NCBI GenBank assembly: GCA_038153405.1
Contig: JAYOYH010000004.1
Span: forward strand, 99,626-163,625
Reading direction: 5' to 3'
DNA length: 64,000 nt
Source of the DNA: Gemmatimonadota bacterium
Lineage (GTDB): Bacteria; Latescibacterota; UBA2968; UBA8231
Below, one piece after another: positions 59,566 to 64,000 of this stretch. Position numbers and translations under genes: made by a program. A model generated the notes under the pieces. The model had not been told where the DNA came from. It did no database searches and worked only from the letters and a program-made list of their open reading frames with translations. Numbering within the stretch: the stretch's first letter is position 1; each line of letters opens with the position of its first letter.

Positions 59566-60090
59566 ATGAATAGGTTGAACGCGATATGCGTCCTTCTCGT
59601 ACTTTTTGCTACACATGCAGTGAGCCAAGAAGACGATGCATATGAACCAAGCGCCGCCTTTAAGCGCATGGAGACACTGGTCGGCACGTGGAAAGGCACC
59701 TTAATTCGCTCCAACGGCGACACCTTAGACCTCAAACTGAACTATAAAGTCATATCAAACCGCAGCACGATCGTGGAAACCGTCTTTGAAGACGACACGG
59801 AAATGGTAACACTGTATCACGACGAAGGCGACAAATTAATGATGACGCACTATTGCGCCCTTATGAACCAACCCGTGCTCAGTGAGTCGCGGCTCACTGA
59901 TTCATCCATCCACTTTGAACAAGCGCCTTCGTGCACTCTGAGCCAGGACAGAGACGCATACGTCAACACCTATTCGCTAACAGTTGACCCGGACAATCCA
60001 TCCGTGTTAAAGACGCGCTATACGGTGGTCTTTCCAGACCAACCCCTGTGGATAAACGACGGTCTCGTGGAAAAGGTCAACGAATTATAG
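59566..60090 (+). CDS. Secreted hypothetical protein with THYC motif
   Basis: Signal peptide; LVGTWKG, EMVTLYH, MTHYCALMNQP. Confidence 0.75.
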   Translation: MNRLNAICVLLVLFATHAVSQEDDAYEPSAAFKRMETLVGTWKGTLIRSNGDTLDLKLNYKVISNRSTIVETVFEDDTEMVTLYHDEGDKLMMTHYCALMNQPVLSESRLTDSSIHFEQAPSCTLSQDRDAYVNTYSLTVDPDNPSVLKTRYTVVFPDQPLWINDGLVEKVNEL

Positions 60091-60108
60091 CAGTGTGATA
60101 TTCCAATT

Positions 60109-60156
60109 AAAAAAACGCCTTCTGATCAGCCAATTTACCTGATCAGAAGGCGTTTT
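60109..60156. terminator. Bidirectional Rho-independent terminator
   Basis: AAAACGCCTTCTGATCAG (60112-60129) pairs with CTGATCAGAAGGCGTTTT (60139-60156) between convergent genes. Confidence 0.9.
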
Positions 60157-60195
60157 GCGTTCGATGTCTCAGCCGCCTATCGGCGAAGTTAGTTC

Positions 60196-62775
60196 CTAGG
60201 CTACTCTGCCATTGGCAACCAACTCCAACGTGACAATCTCCTTAGCGCCAGCCTCTATCTCGACGATATTTCCTCCGTCTCCGGTGGGCGTCAGATCGCG
60301 CAGGCGATTTTCTGCGAGGTCGCACTCAAACGCGCGATCCACATTCATCCCCACCTGCAGGCGCGCGCGCAAGGTCTCGGCCGTCGGATTGTAGAAACGC
60401 ACAATCAGACCGTCGCGACCGTCCGCCTTTTTGCAGGCAGATAGGACGAGCGGTGCAGGCTGCAGCGCCAGCAGCGGCGAGCAGGCTGCAATCGGCCCGT
60501 CGTGCAAGGTCGTCTGCGCAAGGTGCGGAGGTGCATTGAAAGCGTAGGCTTCAGCAGCGGCAGCCGCCCGCTCTGATCCATACGGCACCAGCGCGTACTC
60601 GCATACAAACGTTCCCTTACACTGGGCTTCCGGCGTTGGGAATACGCCCCAATCGCCGAGTCGGTCGACGGCGCGCAGCACCGTCAGCGCAATGGTATTG
60701 CGGCCGTCCTGCAGCACTTCGTATTCCGGCAAACCACGGTTGGCCACCAGCAATCCACCGTCGGCATCGTCGACCGCAACAAATGCCTGCTGGGGATGAC
60801 AGTTCGATGGGTTTTCCCACACTTCACTTGGAACAATCGCCCGCTCGACCTGATCAAACTGGCCGTCGGCAACGGCCGTAGCGCTATCTATATCGGTTGG
60901 AAAGAGCACGCGCAAACGGTGATTTTCCGATGCATTGTCTAACGACAGGCGCACTTCCAATCGGCGACTGTGCCGCCCCAAACGCAACTCGTAGGAAACC
61001 GGCAGAGCACGTCCGCGCACCTGCAGGCTCGTTTCTATACGGCAGGTCTGGTAGACGCCATGGTCGACGATGGGGCCCACCTTCGTCTTGTCGGATTCCG
61101 CATGGACCACCTCGTCATCGTCCGGTATGCGGTAATTGTATTCGTCTCCGCAATCCCAACTATCTTCAAGTCGATGCAGGTCGCAAAAGCGCCGTCCGCT
61201 GCTTTTTTCTATCAAATCAAAGCGGCCATCGGCGTGCAGTTCGACGCGCAAAAATTCGTTTTCGAGTCCGTCCACCCGCCGTGGCTCGGCCATCGCCTCG
61301 GCGGCAAAGACGCCGTAGGCTCCCAAACCGCCAGCGGGTAACTGCACCTCAAAGACGAGGCGCACGCGACGCCTGTCGTAGGGCTCGCGAAAGCCGACGT
61401 CGGGCAGATGATAATCCCATACTATGCCGCAATCCTCGACCAAGTGCGTCGGCAACGTTCGGCCTTGTGCATCGCGCACGACAAAGCCGGCGGTCACATC
61501 GCCTTCGGGCAGATCGATGCTGGCTTCAAGCACTTCACCCCGTTCGTGCGGCAGCGGATTATAGGCGACAACGGCGGTGAGCGCATCGGCAAATACCGCC
61601 GTATTGACCTGGCCTGCTATATACTCCATGTGCTCACGGCACAGTTGCCCCGCCAGGATAGCACACTTTTCAAAGCGCGTGTCCATTTCGCGGTGCACCT
61701 CGTCGCAGGAGCAGCCGCAAATGCTGTCGTGAGGGTGGTTTTGCATCAGCGTCTTCCAGGCATACCACACCATGTCTTCATCGTAGTCACCACCGTAGTG
61801 GGCAGCCAAGGCGCCTAGCGGCTCCACGCCTTTTTCAAGCAGGGTCTGGCACGCCCAGTTGGCCCGTTTCTGATACAGGCGGCTGCTCAGTACGTTGGTC
61901 AGCGTCCCCCAGCCATCAGTGTACTCGCTGCGCATTTCGCCCTCTTTGACCTGCAGGTCTTTTACCTCTGCGCGCAGCGCTTCCAAGTAGGCATCAAAGC
62001 TGGAGTGAATCAGTTCGGCGTCTTCAACCTCGGCATTGGCCAAGCGCAGCGCCGCGCTAATGTCGGGCTGCGAAGGGGTGTGATCGCAGCCGTTCATAAA
62101 CAGCAGCTGCGACGTCGTGGCAAAGCGCAAACAGGCGTCGCGCGTCTTGTCGACGTAGGCTTTCACCTCGCCCTCTACAGCGGGTATGGTCATCGCATTG
62201 GCATACCAATTGGCCATAAACACGCCCAGCACCTCAGAGCCATCGGGCGCGCGCCAGGCAAACTCCGACTTGTAGCCGATGGCAGCCGGGGCGGCGCTCT
62301 CGACCTCGGGGTTGTAGCGATTGACGCCGCGCCCAAATACGGCGTTGTCGATGCCAAAACCGCGCAGTATTTGCGGCATCTGCCCAATATTGCCAAAGCT
62401 GTCGGGCAAATAGCCCAGCATGCACGGCACGCCAAATAGACGAGCGCGTTTCAGCCCCAGCGCCATATTGCGCACGTTGGCTTCACCGCTGGTCAAGAAC
62501 TCGTCCTGCAGCACGTACCACGGTCCAATCGATAGGCGTCCTTCTGCAGCGGCCTTTTGGATGCGCGGCAGGGCCTGCGGACGAATTTCGAGATAGTCAT
62601 CGAGTGGAATAATCTGACCATCGGCGTGGAAATGTCGGAACTGTGGATCGGCGTCCATCAGGTCGAGCAAATTGTCAAACAGCGTCACCAAGCGCCGGCG
62701 ATGTCGTTCAAACGGCATATACCACTCGCGGTCCCAGTGGGTGTGCGAAATGACGTGAATCGTATGTTTGGGCAT
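60196..62775 (-). CDS. GH38 alpha-mannosidase, no signal peptide
   Basis: SHTHWDREWY, IGPWY, GYLPDSFG nucleophile, NGCDH, HDSICGCS. Confidence 0.95.
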   Translation of the reverse strand: MPKHTIHVISHTHWDREWYMPFERHRRRLVTLFDNLLDLMDADPQFRHFHADGQIIPLDDYLEIRPQALPRIQKAAAEGRLSIGPWYVLQDEFLTSGEANVRNMALGLKRARLFGVPCMLGYLPDSFGNIGQMPQILRGFGIDNAVFGRGVNRYNPEVESAAPAAIGYKSEFAWRAPDGSEVLGVFMANWYANAMTIPAVEGEVKAYVDKTRDACLRFATTSQLLFMNGCDHTPSQPDISAALRLANAEVEDAELIHSSFDAYLEALRAEVKDLQVKEGEMRSEYTDGWGTLTNVLSSRLYQKRANWACQTLLEKGVEPLGALAAHYGGDYDEDMVWYAWKTLMQNHPHDSICGCSCDEVHREMDTRFEKCAILAGQLCREHMEYIAGQVNTAVFADALTAVVAYNPLPHERGEVLEASIDLPEGDVTAGFVVRDAQGRTLPTHLVEDCGIVWDYHLPDVGFREPYDRRRVRLVFEVQLPAGGLGAYGVFAAEAMAEPRRVDGLENEFLRVELHADGRFDLIEKSSGRRFCDLHRLEDSWDCGDEYNYRIPDDDEVVHAESDKTKVGPIVDHGVYQTCRIETSLQVRGRALPVSYELRLGRHSRRLEVRLSLDNASENHRLRVLFPTDIDSATAVADGQFDQVERAIVPSEVWENPSNCHPQQAFVAVDDADGGLLVANRGLPEYEVLQDGRNTIALTVLRAVDRLGDWGVFPTPEAQCKGTFVCEYALVPYGSERAAAAAEAYAFNAPPHLAQTTLHDGPIAACSPLLALQPAPLVLSACKKADGRDGLIVRFYNPTAETLRARLQVGMNVDRAFECDLAENRLRDLTPTGDGGNIVEIEAGAKEIVTLELVANGRVA

Positions 62776-63004
62776 TATATATTTCCTCGTTACACAGTTA
62801 CAAATGCTCTAAACGCACCAAGGGACACGACGGTCCAAAATCCGAGGAGAAGCATAGGATGCGCTCATTAATAACACAAGGAGGCCCCGCCTCAATAAAC
62901 ATGAGCAGAGTCGCAAGAAGTGTATATCTTCGGCGTTCGAAATAAACACAGACTCGTCCAATACTGCGCAGGGCTACATCAACTCCAACCGCGGGCACCG
63001 CCAG

Positions 63005-64000
63005 CTACTTCCACGGCACTTCGCCCTCTTCCGGCCCTTTCACATACAGTCCAGCCCCTTCGCGGCGCGCAAAGGGAAAGTTGCTCTTTCGCGCCGGCGG
63101 ATTGTCCTGCAGTTGGCGCAGCGCCTCCTCGTCGACTTCGATCCCGAGCCCCGGCTTATCCCCTAATACAATAAACCCGTCTTCAATTGTATTATCAAAG
63201 CGCAGACAGTGCTCTCGCCCCGGATTCACCACCTCCATCGCCAGGTGATTGGGCAATGCCGCGGCCAAATGCGCCATGTAGTTGGCCTGGCAGTTCATCA
63301 TGGATACGGGCAATTCGTAGGCATAACACAGATTGGCCACCTGCCGACATCCGGTAAAGCCGGTTGTCGCCGTCGAAACATTAACAATATCCACGGCCTC
63401 GTTGTGAATCAGCGGATAGACCTCACCGATGCTCCGAAGATTTTCGGCTGTGGCCACCGCCGCTTTGATCCGCCGCGACACGCTGGCCAGCCCCTCGTAG
63501 TCCCAGCGCCGTGCCGGCTCCTCGATCCACGTGATATCGTAGTGTTTCTCGATCTCGTGCATGCAGTGTACGGCCTGCTTGGGCGACCAGTATTCGTTGA
63601 CGTCGACCATCAGCTGCGGCCGCGCTGATGCCACCGATAGCGCCTCGCGCATAATGCCGATGCGGCGCAAGTCGGCATCCATATCGAGTCCAATTTTGAG
63701 CTTGCCACCATCGACGCCGCGCTCGGCCATCTGTCGGTAAAAAGCGAAGAGCTCGTCATCCGATAGACAGTAGCCGATATCGCTGGCATAGGCCTTGGTG
63801 CGCCCTTCTAATGCACCGAACGTCTGCCACAGGGGCTCTTGCGCGATCTTGGCTTTCAGGTCCCACAGCGCAACATCAATCGCAGCAATCGGCCCACCGG
63901 AAGCCACCAGCCCCCCCTTGTGCACATAGTCGACCATTTTGCGCCACAGCCCCACGACCTCGCGTGGGTCTTCGCCCTCTAACAGATGGAAAAAACGCTC
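63005..64000 (-). CDS. Mandelate racemase/muconate lactonizing enzyme family (enolase superfamily), 5' end outside window
   Basis: Frame open to base 64000; AIDVALWDLKAK, KLKIG, MVDVN, WIEEP, TAEN, PGLGIE. Confidence 0.92.
   Translation of the reverse strand, partial: ERFFHLLEGEDPREVVGLWRKMVDYVHKGGLVASGGPIAAIDVALWDLKAKIAQEPLWQTFGALEGRTKAYASDIGYCLSDDELFAFYRQMAERGVDGGKLKIGLDMDADLRRIGIMREALSVASARPQLMVDVNEYWSPKQAVHCMHEIEKHYDITWIEEPARRWDYEGLASVSRRIKAAVATAENLRSIGEVYPLIHNEAVDIVNVSTATTGFTGCRQVANLCYAYELPVSMMNCQANYMAHLAAALPNHLAMEVVNPGREHCLRFDNTIEDGFIVLGDKPGLGIEVDEEALRQLQDNPPARKSNFPFARREGAGLYVKGPEEGEVPWK

Overview
Gene-dense, GC-rich bacterial DNA with no rRNA, tRNA, CRISPR array or mobile element that I can recognise. 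FlgD-like and T9SS-like C-terminal domains plus TAVE..WG.IK tails suggest an FCB-group lineage such as Candidatus Latescibacterota (inference). Left part: a eukaryote-like alkyl-DHAP synthase gene (cut by the window start and absent from the ORF track), small-molecule enzymes, two convergent Spy/CpxP-like genes sharing a GGAAT-N16-CTGTCTAA ECF-type promoter motif, and a ~12 kb run of four ABC exporter subunits, an aldo-keto reductase, a rifampin-phosphotransferase-like dikinase and a hydrolase behind a perfect 14-bp palindrome. The centrepiece is a ~23 kb minus-strand cluster (26.6-50 kb) of mostly unannotated envelope proteins: a DUF6785-like permease, a lipoprotein foldase, three paralogous FlgD-CTD proteins, two paralogous ~890-aa Asp/Asn-motif barrel-like proteins, a GT-C/TPR membrane protein, a CBM9-like protein flanked by RNA structures, a sugar ABC importer and a CCCH-repeat protein. 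It carries GACAT direct-repeat arrays next to an AraC gene and lies beside PL1/PL10 pectate lyases, a second DUF6785-like gene and a GH38. I read it as a candidate non-SusCD glycan capture/import system. All family calls are by-eye motif recognition; no searches were run.
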